This document shows, in pieces, positions 34,696 through 43,806 of a stretch of 64,000 nucleotides of DNA. The position numbers and the translations under genes are program-made. The notes under the pieces were generated by a model that was not told the DNA's origin, did no database searches, and worked only from the letters and a program-made list of their open reading frames with translations. Positions within the stretch are counted from its first letter, which is position 1. Each line of letters opens with the position of its first letter. The DNA lies in assembly GCA_965284645.1 (NCBI GenBank), contig OZ260106.1:342992-406991 (forward strand), given 5' to 3'. This DNA comes from an uncultured Bacteroidia bacterium. GTDB taxonomy: Bacteria > Bacteroidota > Bacteroidia > JAIBAJ01.

Positions 34696-37428
34696 ATGAA
34701 GAAAAAAATTCTTTACGGAATCCTATTGTTTTTTGCCCTTTTCATCGGAACTTTAGTTGCCATTCCCTTTTTGTTCAAAGACAAAATCATCGCCAAAGTA
34801 AAAGAAGAAGCCAATAAAAAGTTGGAAGCCAAAATGGACTTTGGTGATTTCGACCTTACCTTGATTCGAAGCTTCCCAAACCTTCGATTTGAATTGGAGA
34901 ACTTTTCATTGGTAGGAATAAAAGATTTTGAAGGCGACACCTTGGTTTCCATCAAATCCTTTTATGTGAATTTAGATTTGATGAGTGTTATCAATGGCGG
35001 ACAGTATAAGGTAAACGGACTTTTCTTGGACCAACCCAAAATCAAAGCCTTAAAACTTAGCAATGGAATGGCCAACTGGAACATCATGAAACCTAGTCCG
35101 GCCGAGGAAACTACACCAGAAAAGGAAGGAAGCACTTCTTTTAGCTTGTCTTTGAAAAAGTTAGAAATTACGGATGGTGTTATTCGTTTTGATGACGACA
35201 GTTCTAAAATCCATACGTATTTGAAAGATTTGGATTATACCTTGAGTGGAGACTTTTCGGAGGCCCAAACTAGTCTCGAAAATGAACTCAAAATTGAAAG
35301 GATGGATGTAAGCTATGGTGGAATTAGCTATTTCAACAAAACCAAAGTAGCTCTTGATGCCACAATTGATGCCGATTTGGTGAAGAGCAAATACGTTTTG
35401 AAAGACAATTCTTTGGTCTTAAACGCCTTGGAATTGGCTTGGGAAGGGTATGTTGAAATGCCCGCCAACGACATTACTATGGATTTAAAATTTGGAGCTA
35501 AAAAAACGGAGTTTAAGAATATTCTTTCTTTGATTCCGGCCATTTTCATGAAAGATTTTGAATCAGTAAAAACCAGCGGAAAACTTGGATTGGACGGCTA
35601 TGCCAAAGGTGTATACAACGAAAAAATGTTACCGGCTTTTGGGTTAAAAATCTTGGTCGAAAATGGCTACTTTAAATACCCAAGCTTACCGAAAGACGTA
35701 AAAAACATAGCTATCAATGTGGATATCAGCGGAAAAGGCACACCAGACAATACCGTAATCGATATTAAAAAGTTCCACTTCGACATTTCAGAAAACCCAG
35801 TTGATATTGCACTATTGATAAAAACACCTATATCAGACCCCGCTATCAAAGGAACAATACTAGGTAAAATCAATTTGGGTAGTTTGGGCGATGTCATTCC
35901 ATTGGAGAAGGAAGAGAAGTTGAACGGTTCGGTGATAGCAGATATCAAATTAGAAGGGAAACAAAGTATGATTGACCGCAAAGCATACGAGGAATTCAAA
36001 GCCGACGGACAGTTGATTTTAATGGATATTGTTTACAATACAAAGGCTGTAAAACTTCCGGTAGAGATTAAAAAGGCTTATTTGAATTTCTCTCCCCAAT
36101 TTTTGGATTTAAGTCAGTTTGAAGCTAAAATCGGCAAAAGTGATTTGAACATGAAAGGAAAAATTGAGAATTTCTTGGCCTACTACTTCAAAAATGAGAC
36201 CTTGAAAGGCGATTTCACATTCCAATCAAACACCTTAAATGCAGACGAACTCATGGCTAGTGTTCCTGAGGATGGAGAGCCTCAAGCACCAGATACAGCA
36301 GCGCTTACCGCACCAGATGTTCCAAGCAACCTGGATGTAAAATTGTCCACTACCATTGGTCATTTAACGTATGATGTATATGATTTGAAAAATATTAGTG
36401 GGGTTGTTACGGTAAAAAACAAACAAGCTGATCTTTCGAATTTAAAAGCCAATATGCTGGATGGACAAGTAGTGATGAACGGACGATACAATGTTGAAAA
36501 TAGCTTAAAACCCAAAGTAGATTTTGATTTGGCGGTAAGTGATTTTGATATTCAAAAAACCTTCAAAACTTTTAATACAGTTGAAAAGCTGGCCCCAATA
36601 GCCAAACAGGCCCAAGGCAAATTTAGCACAGGTATGAAATTCAATGCCGTATTTGACCAAGCCTTAAATCCCGATTTAAAATCCCTCAACGGAGGAGGAA
36701 TCCTTACAACGAAATCGGTTACCATAACCAACTTTGAACCCTTGAACAAAGTGGCCGATGCCTTGAAAATGGATAAGTACAAAAAACTTGCCCTAAACGA
36801 CGTAAAAGTTCAATATGAATTCAAAGATGGAAAAGTTGAAGTGAAACCCTACGATTTAGCCTTGGGCAAATCCAATGTCAACATTGCCGGATTTACAGGA
36901 TTTGACCAAAGTTTAGATTACAACATGAAATTTACCATTCCTACCAGCGAAATGCCAGCACAGGCAACCCAAGCCGTAAATGGACTTTTGGCACAAGCCA
37001 ATAAAGCCGCTGGAACCCAATTAAGTCTGGGCGAAAAGGTAAATATTGATGTAAAAGTCGGTGGAACCATCACCAAACCAACCGTTAAAACTGGATTAAA
37101 GGACGCCGCTAAAAATGCAGTAGACGATTTGAAAAAACAAGCCGAAGAATTGGCCAAACAAAAACTGAAAGAAGCTGAGGAAAGAGCAAAAGCGGAAGCC
37201 GAAAAACTAAAAAAACAAGCTCAGGATGAGGCTGCTAAGTTGAAAAAACAAGCAGAAGACAAGGCCAAAGCCGAAGCCGATAAATTAAAAGCAGAGGCCG
37301 AAAAGAAAAAGAAAGAACTGGAAGCAAAAGCCAAAGCAGAAGCAGAGAAAGCTAAAAAGGAAGCTGAAGAAAAAGCCAAAAAAGAAGCTGAAAAAGGTTT
37401 GAGAAATCTCTTTGGAGGTAAAAAATAA
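34696..37428 (+). CDS. AsmA-family protein with Lys/Ala/Glu-rich C-terminal tail
   Basis: 910 aa. Has an N-terminal signal anchor (ILYGILLFFALFIGTLVAIPFLF). The long beta-rich body is typical of AsmA/TamB-like proteins (..DFGDFDLTLIRSFPNLRFELENFSLVG..). The last about 110 aa are KAEAEKLKKQAQDEAAKLKKQAEDKAKAEADKLKAEAEKKKKELEAKAKAEAEKAKKEAEEKAKKEAEKG. A TACTTTTG -7-like motif lies at 34661. Confidence 0.75.
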   Translation: MKKKILYGILLFFALFIGTLVAIPFLFKDKIIAKVKEEANKKLEAKMDFGDFDLTLIRSFPNLRFELENFSLVGIKDFEGDTLVSIKSFYVNLDLMSVINGGQYKVNGLFLDQPKIKALKLSNGMANWNIMKPSPAEETTPEKEGSTSFSLSLKKLEITDGVIRFDDDSSKIHTYLKDLDYTLSGDFSEAQTSLENELKIERMDVSYGGISYFNKTKVALDATIDADLVKSKYVLKDNSLVLNALELAWEGYVEMPANDITMDLKFGAKKTEFKNILSLIPAIFMKDFESVKTSGKLGLDGYAKGVYNEKMLPAFGLKILVENGYFKYPSLPKDVKNIAINVDISGKGTPDNTVIDIKKFHFDISENPVDIALLIKTPISDPAIKGTILGKINLGSLGDVIPLEKEEKLNGSVIADIKLEGKQSMIDRKAYEEFKADGQLILMDIVYNTKAVKLPVEIKKAYLNFSPQFLDLSQFEAKIGKSDLNMKGKIENFLAYYFKNETLKGDFTFQSNTLNADELMASVPEDGEPQAPDTAALTAPDVPSNLDVKLSTTIGHLTYDVYDLKNISGVVTVKNKQADLSNLKANMLDGQVVMNGRYNVENSLKPKVDFDLAVSDFDIQKTFKTFNTVEKLAPIAKQAQGKFSTGMKFNAVFDQALNPDLKSLNGGGILTTKSVTITNFEPLNKVADALKMDKYKKLALNDVKVQYEFKDGKVEVKPYDLALGKSNVNIAGFTGFDQSLDYNMKFTIPTSEMPAQATQAVNGLLAQANKAAGTQLSLGEKVNIDVKVGGTITKPTVKTGLKDAAKNAVDDLKKQAEELAKQKLKEAEERAKAEAEKLKKQAQDEAAKLKKQAEDKAKAEADKLKAEAEKKKKELEAKAKAEAEKAKKEAEEKAKKEAEKGLRNLFGGKK

Positions 37429-37468
37429 TAAGGACTTTTTCTTAGCAATAAAATAGGAGATCTGTTGT

Positions 37469-39079
37469 ATGTCGGCCAAAGGCATTTCATTTCGTAAAAG
37501 CGGACTGTTTGATAGTTTAATTATTGATTTTGTAGAAGGCCAAAAAACAGCTCTTGAATTTGCCGGCCTGCCTATGGAAGCCGATTCAATTCTTGAAAAA
37601 GCAAAAGAAAGAACTACTTTACCGATCAACCGACAAGCTTTAGTTTCGTCCTTGAAGGAAGCTTATTCAGGCAAAGAAAGGGAATTCCCTTTGGCTGTGG
37701 CGCAAATTGAAAGACTTTCCCAGTCCAATAGCTTTACTATTACCACTGGTCACCAACTTTGTTTGTTTACCGGGCCTTTGTATTTCATTTATAAAATCTT
37801 TTCCGTTATTAAATTGGCCAAACAGATGGAGGAAAAGGCCAAAGAAAAAGGATTGGATTACCAGTTTGTACCTATTTACTGGATGCATACCGAAGACCAT
37901 GACCTGGCCGAAATAAACCATTTCTACCTCTTTGGAAAAAAAATAGAATGGCAACCCCTGGAAAAAGGAATGGCAGGAACTATTTCTACCCAAGGTTTGG
38001 AAAAGCTATTTAATGAGTTAGAAACCTTGTTTGGCACTTCTAGTCTTGGCCTTGAAATAGCAGCGTTTTTTAAAAGGATCTATTTAGAAAATCAAAACCT
38101 AGCGGCTGCCACCTTCCAACTAGCCAACGAACTGTTTGCCGAATATGGTTTAGTGGTTTTGGATCCTAGGGCCAATCAGCTGAAAGCACAGTTTAGCTCT
38201 TACCTTAAACATGATATTTTTCAAGGACAAAATGCAACTTTGGTAGAAGCTACCAATAGGCAACTGGAGGAAAAGGGCTATAAATCCATGGTAAATCCGC
38301 GAGAAATCAATGTTTTTTATACTGGTGATGGTTTTAGAGAGCGCTTGGTAAAGGAAGGCAATGACTATTTAGTGCTAAATACCTCGTTTCGTTTTACCAA
38401 AACAGAATTGGAAACAGAGTTGGATTCACACCCCGAACGGTTTAGTCCAAATGTAGTGCTTCGGCCCATGTTCCAAGAATTTATTTTGCCCAATGTGGCC
38501 TATGTTGGCGGAGCCGGTGAATTGGCTTATTGGATGCAGTACCGCTCTATGTTTCAGGCAAATGGCATTAGCTACCCAGTTTTGTGGCTTCGAAATTCCC
38601 TTGTTTGGATGGATCAAGGCATTGCAGCCCGCCTTTCCCGCCTAGGTTTAGCCCCGGAGGATCTTTTCCTGGAGGAAGAGCGTTTAGTTAAGCAGTTTGT
38701 AGCTCTCAATACGGATGTACTCGATTTGGAGGATATTAAAGCTGGTATGCGTCCTTGGTTGGATAAGGCCATTGCCTTAGCTGCTGAAACCGATAAAAGT
38801 TTGGAAGGTGCTGCCAGAGCGGAGGTTCAAAAAATAATCAATGGCTTAGAAAACCTGGAAAGCAAAATGATTCGGTCGTCAAAAGTAAAACTTGAAACCC
38901 AAATCAATCAAATCAAAAAGCTGAAGGAAAAGCTCTTTCCTAAAGGGGTCCTTCACGAACGTCAAGACAATTTCAGCAATTTCTACTTGCAATACGGAAA
39001 GGACTGGTTTACAACCGTATATAACACGATTCAACCCTTTGAAAAAGAGCTAAAAATCTGGGTAGATGGGGAAGTTTAA
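37469..39079 (+). CDS. bshC: Bacillithiol biosynthesis cysteine-adding enzyme BshC
   Basis: 536 aa. GHQLCLFTGPLYFIYKIFSVIKLAKQ and PIYWMHTEDHDLAEIN correspond to B. subtilis BshC GQQAGLLTGPLYTIHKIISIIQLAKQ and PVFWVAGEDHDLDEIN. The C-terminal coiled-coil is as in BshC. Confidence 0.85.
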   Translation: MSAKGISFRKSGLFDSLIIDFVEGQKTALEFAGLPMEADSILEKAKERTTLPINRQALVSSLKEAYSGKEREFPLAVAQIERLSQSNSFTITTGHQLCLFTGPLYFIYKIFSVIKLAKQMEEKAKEKGLDYQFVPIYWMHTEDHDLAEINHFYLFGKKIEWQPLEKGMAGTISTQGLEKLFNELETLFGTSSLGLEIAAFFKRIYLENQNLAAATFQLANELFAEYGLVVLDPRANQLKAQFSSYLKHDIFQGQNATLVEATNRQLEEKGYKSMVNPREINVFYTGDGFRERLVKEGNDYLVLNTSFRFTKTELETELDSHPERFSPNVVLRPMFQEFILPNVAYVGGAGELAYWMQYRSMFQANGISYPVLWLRNSLVWMDQGIAARLSRLGLAPEDLFLEEERLVKQFVALNTDVLDLEDIKAGMRPWLDKAIALAAETDKSLEGAARAEVQKIINGLENLESKMIRSSKVKLETQINQIKKLKEKLFPKGVLHERQDNFSNFYLQYGKDWFTTVYNTIQPFEKELKIWVDGEV

Positions 39080-39080
39080 G

Positions 39081-40391
39081 CTATCCTTTTGTCCGTAAAC
39101 AAAGCTCAAAGGTGCTCCCTTTTCCAGGTACACTTTCAATCAGTTTTACATATCCATGGTGAGCCTTGGCAATAAGCTTTACATAGTTTAGTCCAAGCCC
39201 AAAGCCCTTAACTTTATGGATATTCCCTGTTGAAACGCGGTAGAACTTATTAAAGATATGTTTTTGCGCATCCTTGCTCATTCCTATGCCATTGTCTTTG
39301 ATTTGGATATGCAGATACTTTTTTGAATTGAACGACTTAATCTCGATTTTTGGGTCTTCCACACTGTACTTGATAGCATTATCGAGTAGGTTGTAAATAA
39401 CATTGGTCAAGTGCACTTTATCGGCTTGTAGTATATGATTGGGTGCTTGTAATTGACACGATATCGAACCTTTCCTATCGTTTAAAAGCAATTCCATACT
39501 TTGGGCCGAATGTTCAATAACCTCGTGAATATCCAATTCCACCAAATTCAATTTCACTTCCCTATCATAAGCCGACATTTGCAGCAAACGCTCCACCATA
39601 TTGCGCAATCGGGTGGTTTCTTCGGTAATGATTGAAGCATACCTCGATATACGATCTGGGTCGTTTTGAACACCCGGTTTGGCCAACATCTCACCGGTAA
39701 TGCTAATCGTCGAAACCGGCGTCTTAAACTCATGGGTCATGTTATTGATAAAGTCGTTTCGGATTTCACTGAGTTTTTTTTGCCTTAGAATTACACTCAT
39801 CGAATATCCAAAAAAGGCTACTACCAATAGCAATACGCCGGAACTAAACCACCAAATCCCCATTTCCCCAATTAAAAACCTGGATTTATTAGGAAAATAA
39901 ACCCCAAAGTAGTGATTGTCCTTGTCCCACTTAGGAGGCTCCACCGTTTCAGGGGCATTTTCACCGGCCTTATGGGGAATGTACTTACTGAAAACGATTT
40001 TACTGGTAAAACAATCATAAATTACATATTCGAAATCTTCGTTGATATTCCGTCTGTCAAACTCCATTTTCAAGAGTCGCTCTAAAAGATACGGGTGAAG
40101 CGAATCATTCATACTTACCACGAAGTAATTCGAACTAACCTGGGTAACCTGCTGGTATGGCCTTTCTTCCTTGTTCATGATACTTATTACGTTGGCAACC
40201 CTTCTCAAAGCCAAATTTACACGGTCGTTAAACTCTCTGTCTTCAAAGCTAAATGCATTTTTTAGCCAAAAAACCTGAAGCGTCAAAACCCCTAAAATTG
40301 AAACTACCCCTAAGAAAATGAAAACACGCAAGGTTCTTCTACTCATAACTTTTAAAATCTGAGCGAAGATAGGCAAATTGAAAAAAGGCAA
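39081..40391 (-). CDS. Sensor histidine kinase (two N-terminal TM helices, HisKA, HATPase_c)
   Basis: 436 aa. Shows the H-box NMTHEFKTPVSTI, N-box LLDNAIKYS, G1 DNGIGM and G2 GFGLGLNYV. No response-regulator gene is adjacent. Confidence 0.85.
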   Translation of the reverse strand: MPFFNLPIFAQILKVMSRRTLRVFIFLGVVSILGVLTLQVFWLKNAFSFEDREFNDRVNLALRRVANVISIMNKEERPYQQVTQVSSNYFVVSMNDSLHPYLLERLLKMEFDRRNINEDFEYVIYDCFTSKIVFSKYIPHKAGENAPETVEPPKWDKDNHYFGVYFPNKSRFLIGEMGIWWFSSGVLLLVVAFFGYSMSVILRQKKLSEIRNDFINNMTHEFKTPVSTISITGEMLAKPGVQNDPDRISRYASIITEETTRLRNMVERLLQMSAYDREVKLNLVELDIHEVIEHSAQSMELLLNDRKGSISCQLQAPNHILQADKVHLTNVIYNLLDNAIKYSVEDPKIEIKSFNSKKYLHIQIKDNGIGMSKDAQKHIFNKFYRVSTGNIHKVKGFGLGLNYVKLIAKAHHGYVKLIESVPGKGSTFELCLRTKG

Positions 40392-40531
40392 TTCTTAATG
40401 AATTTTAAGAAAATCGCTAGGAATAGACTTGACTATTCAAAAAGGGTGTTAATTATTTTCCCAATGGCTCCAATTTTCTTGTTTGTATTTCAATTCAATT
40501 TGCATTTCCATTTATAATTTTTTCCTTTTTT

Positions 40532-41068
40532 ATGTTAAGCCCAACCACTCAATTACCTGAAATCATTTCCAACTCCATTCTCCTAATCCGCAATCAAAAG
40601 GTAATGTTGGATTCAGAACTAGCTAAACTTTATAGTGTACCAACCAAGCGCCTCAACGAACAAGTAAAAAGGAATTTGGAGCGTTTTCCAGAAGACTTTA
40701 TGTTTCAATTGTCTGAAAATGAATGGCAAAACTTGAGGTCGCAAAATGCGACTTCAAGTTTTGTTGAAACAGATTGGGGAGGGCGACGAACCTTGCCTTA
40801 CGCATTTACAGAACAAGGCATTTCCATGTTATCCTCTGTGTTGTCTAGTCCTACAGCTATTCAAGTGAATATTGCCATCATGCGGGTATTTGTCAATATT
40901 CGAAATTGGACATTAAATTATAAAGACCTCACCGATCAAATCCATGAAATCAATCAGCATCAGTTTGAACAGGACATGCAAATTCAACAAATTTATGAAA
41001 CGATTGATGCATTGATCAAACCTACCTATTCTGAGCGTAAACAAATTGGTTTTAAACGGGAAAGCTGA
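40532..41068 (+). CDS. ORF6N (KilA-N-like) domain protein
   Basis: 178 aa. ILLIRNQKVMLDSELAKLY.V.TKRLNEQVKRNLERFPEDFMFQLS..E......RRTLPYAFTEQGISMLSSVL matches the ORF6N/phage-antirepressor-like N-terminal domain common in Bacteroidetes. Confidence 0.75.
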   Translation: MLSPTTQLPEIISNSILLIRNQKVMLDSELAKLYSVPTKRLNEQVKRNLERFPEDFMFQLSENEWQNLRSQNATSSFVETDWGGRRTLPYAFTEQGISMLSSVLSSPTAIQVNIAIMRVFVNIRNWTLNYKDLTDQIHEINQHQFEQDMQIQQIYETIDALIKPTYSERKQIGFKRES

Positions 41069-41247
41069 ATAGCCAAGTTTAACCATATTCTGCCCGTGAA
41101 AGACCAAAACATTCAAGAAGTTGTCAATCAAGCTAAACCCAACAAATGCAAGCAGGTCAATTCTCTTGGGAATTTTACAGACGATTTCTTTGTTCATCAA
41201 TGCTTTACAAAAACGAATTGGTTTAGAAGTACATTTTTGAATATTAG

Positions 41248-41465
41248 TTTTTGGCGGGCCCCCAACCGCCATAACCATTCTACCGCTGTTTAAGCCTTTA
41301 CAAGGGCGGTTGGGTCAGGCTTTCGCTAATACTCCTCAGCCTGTAGCCCCCTAAAATGCATGGGGCTGCAGGCTTGCGGGGTATCACGCTCTATCCTTGC
41401 CCGACACCTCCGCATAACCTTGTACTGAAGCTGGGCCTTTGCATTTCACCCCAGTGTGGTCAAAT
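41248..41465 (+). repeat. Family-1 GC-rich repeat, short copy D (single arm with internal hairpin)
   Basis: TTTTGGCGGGCCCCCAACCGCCATAACCATTCTACC...GGCGGTTGGGTCAGGCTTTCGCTAATACTCCTCAGCCTGTAGCCCCCTAAAATGCATGGGGCTGCAGGCTTGCGGGGTATCACGCTCTATCCTTGCCCGA... The first 120 bp align to copies F and A. The internal inverted repeat is GCCTGTAGCCCC / GGGGCTGCAGGC. Confidence 0.75.
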
Positions 41466-41495
41466 GGAAAGACAAATACAACTAACCCCCAATTA

Positions 41496-41650
41496 ACCCA
41501 AATTAATCAATAGGAGGATTTAATAATCCGAACTACTTGATTTAGTTGGGTTTAACCCGATTTAGCAGTTGTTATCAATTTGGCCATACAAATTGATTTA
41601 CAACTGGTTAATCGTTTACTCATTTCTAATGCGTAATCTGGGATTAACCC
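41496..41650 (-). repeat. Family-2 AT-rich repeat (reverse orientation), first of a tandem pair
   Basis: AACCCAAATTAATCAATAGGAGGATTTAATAATCCGAACTACTTGATTTAGTTGGGTTTAACCCGATTTAGCAGTTGTTATCAATTTGGCCATACAAATTGATTTACAACTGGTTAATCGTTTACTCATTTCTAATGCGTAATCTGGG is the reverse complement of the family-2 consensus. It lacks the CCCGAAATTTCTTCGGG hairpin segment. Confidence 0.8.
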
Positions 41651-41815
41651 AAAATAATCAATAGCAGGATTTAATAATCCGAACTACTTGATTTAGTTGG
41701 GTTTAACCCTCCCGAAGAAATTTTTGGATAGCAGTTTTTATCAATTTGGAAAAAAAATTTATTTACAACTGGTTAACCGTTTATGCATTTCCATTGCATA
41801 ATCTGGGATTAACCC
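41647..41815 (-). repeat. Family-2 AT-rich repeat (reverse orientation), second of a tandem pair sharing the AACCC junction
   Basis: AACCCAAAATAATCAATAGCAGGATTTAATAATCCGAACTACTTGATTTAGTTGGGTTTAACCCTCCCGAAGAAATTTTTGGATAGCAGTTTTTATCAATTTGG...TTTACAACTGGTTAACCGTTTATGCATTTCCATTGCATAATCTGGGATTAACCCC. It overlaps the preceding copy by the 3-4-bp terminal AACC(C). Confidence 0.8.
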
Positions 41816-41896
41816 CAATAAAAAATGTGAGCGCTCTTTAGAAATTTGGGTTAAAAAAATCCAAAATTCATACTAGTCTTCTCTGCCTTTGGATTC

Positions 41897-43708
41897 TTGC
41901 TACTTTTGCGCCCTCCTATGAAGGCATTGTGGACGCTCAACAAGTATTTTGTCAAATATTGGCTTAGGCTTTCATGCGGAATTCTGTTTGTTGTCCTCTC
42001 CAACATTTTCTCGATTTATCCAGCACGTGTGGTTCGGTATGCTGTTGACCTCGTCATCGAAACAGCTAGTGTAGCTAAATCCTTCAAAGAATTCAACCTA
42101 AACAATGAGTTCCTAGAAATATTCTCTACAGCCCTAATCATCTGTGGAATCCTCTTGTTGTCTATGGCCCTCATGAAGGGTATTTTCATGTTCCTCATGC
42201 GTCAAACCTTAATCGTGATGAGCCGCTTGATCGAATACGACATGAAGAACGACATCTATGCCCATTACCAAAAACTTAGCTTATCGTTTTACAAATTAAA
42301 CAGCACTGGCGACTTGATGAACCGCATAAGTGAGGATGTCAGCCGCACGCGTATGTATATCGGTCCGGCCATAATGTATACAGCAAACCTCGCAGCCACC
42401 ATTGTTATTGTGCTCTATTGCATGTTTTCGGTGAATGTGGAACTTACCTTATATGCGCTACTCCCTTTGCCTATTATGTCTATCCTTATTTATTGGGTAA
42501 GCCAAAAAATCAATTTGCAGAGTGAAAGGGTTCAGGCCATGTTGAGTACCATCAGTTCCAATGTGCAACAGGCCTTCTCTGGTATTCGAATTATCAAAGC
42601 CTATAACCGTGAAGATGCTTACATAAAGCATTTTGCTAATGAAAGTGAGGCCTACAAAAAGGAATCGATGCAGCTGGCCTATATCAATTCTTTGTTCTTC
42701 CCTGTAATGATGGTTTTAATTGGCTTAAGCACCATTCTAACCATTTCAATTGGTGGTAAACAGGTTATTTCAGGCGAAATCAGCCAGGGAAATATTGCTG
42801 AATTCATTGTTTATATAAACATGCTCACTTGGCCCTTCGCCTCCATTGGATGGGTAAGCAGCATTGTTCAAAGAGCAGCAGCTTCCCAACAACGCATCAA
42901 TGAGTTTCTTTTAACCAAACCCGAAATCCAAAACCAAAACCTTTCTCCACAAACTATTCAAGGTAAAATCGAATTCAAAAACGTTAGCTTTGTTTATCCC
43001 GAAAGTGGCATAAAAGCATTGGACCAAGTTAATTTTTCAATTGAACCTGGACAAACTTTGGCCATCTTAGGACGAACCGGCAGCGGAAAAAGTACCATCG
43101 CCTCCCTCCTTCTTCGCCTTTTCGACACCAAAGAAGGTGAAGTGCTGGTGGATGATAATAATGTTCGCTCCATTAACCTGGATGTGCTTCGCCACCAAAC
43201 GGGTTACGTTCCCCAAGAGGTTTTCCTTTTCAGCGACACTATTGCCAACAATATTGCCTTCGGTTTAAAGGAAAAATCCAATCAAACCCTTATCGAACAA
43301 GCCGCCAAGGATGCTGATATTTACGACAATATTGCGGCCTTCCCCCAAGGCTTTGAAACAGTGGTGGGCGAAAGGGGCATCACGCTTTCGGGCGGACAAA
43401 AGCAAAGGGTGAGCATTGCAAGGGCCATTATCCGTAATCCTAAAATCCTCCTGTTCGATGATTGCTTATCGGCGGTGGATACCCAAACCGAAGAAAACAT
43501 TCTCGCCAACCTAAAGCGAATCATGAAGGGTAAAACCAGCATCATAATTAGTCACCGGGTTAGCTCGGTAAAAGATGCCGACAAAATCATTGTACTCGAC
43601 CAAGGTAAAATTGTGGAAGAAGGCAACCACCAAAGCCTAATGCTTGCCAAAGGAAACTACTTCGACCTTTACCAAAAACAAATTCGAGAGGAAGGTAAAA
43701 CCACATAA
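41897..43708 (+). CDS. ABC exporter, fused permease/ATPase half-transporter (MsbA-like, type I exporter)
   Basis: 603 aa (alternative start Met8 at 41918). Six TM helices are followed by the NBD with Walker A GRTGSGKST, signature LSGGQKQR, Walker B ILLFDDCLSAVD and an H-loop IIISHR. Confidence 0.85.
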   Translation: MLLLRPPMKALWTLNKYFVKYWLRLSCGILFVVLSNIFSIYPARVVRYAVDLVIETASVAKSFKEFNLNNEFLEIFSTALIICGILLLSMALMKGIFMFLMRQTLIVMSRLIEYDMKNDIYAHYQKLSLSFYKLNSTGDLMNRISEDVSRTRMYIGPAIMYTANLAATIVIVLYCMFSVNVELTLYALLPLPIMSILIYWVSQKINLQSERVQAMLSTISSNVQQAFSGIRIIKAYNREDAYIKHFANESEAYKKESMQLAYINSLFFPVMMVLIGLSTILTISIGGKQVISGEISQGNIAEFIVYINMLTWPFASIGWVSSIVQRAAASQQRINEFLLTKPEIQNQNLSPQTIQGKIEFKNVSFVYPESGIKALDQVNFSIEPGQTLAILGRTGSGKSTIASLLLRLFDTKEGEVLVDDNNVRSINLDVLRHQTGYVPQEVFLFSDTIANNIAFGLKEKSNQTLIEQAAKDADIYDNIAAFPQGFETVVGERGITLSGGQKQRVSIARAIIRNPKILLFDDCLSAVDTQTEENILANLKRIMKGKTSIIISHRVSSVKDADKIIVLDQGKIVEEGNHQSLMLAKGNYFDLYQKQIREEGKTT

Positions 43709-43806
43709 ACCCTCCAAAATCGGACAAGTTTTAGCGCCCGATTATCTTTATTTGTGTTTTATGGGATAAACTTTACTTTTGCCCTCCTTCACAAAAATCC
43801 GCTTAC

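Noticed and set aside
40532-41068. Prophage or ICE interpretation based on the ORF6N gene and the nearby transposase-like gene
   Set aside because: No integrase, capsid, terminase, conjugation or att-site signatures were found. The surrounding genes are chromosomal housekeeping genes.
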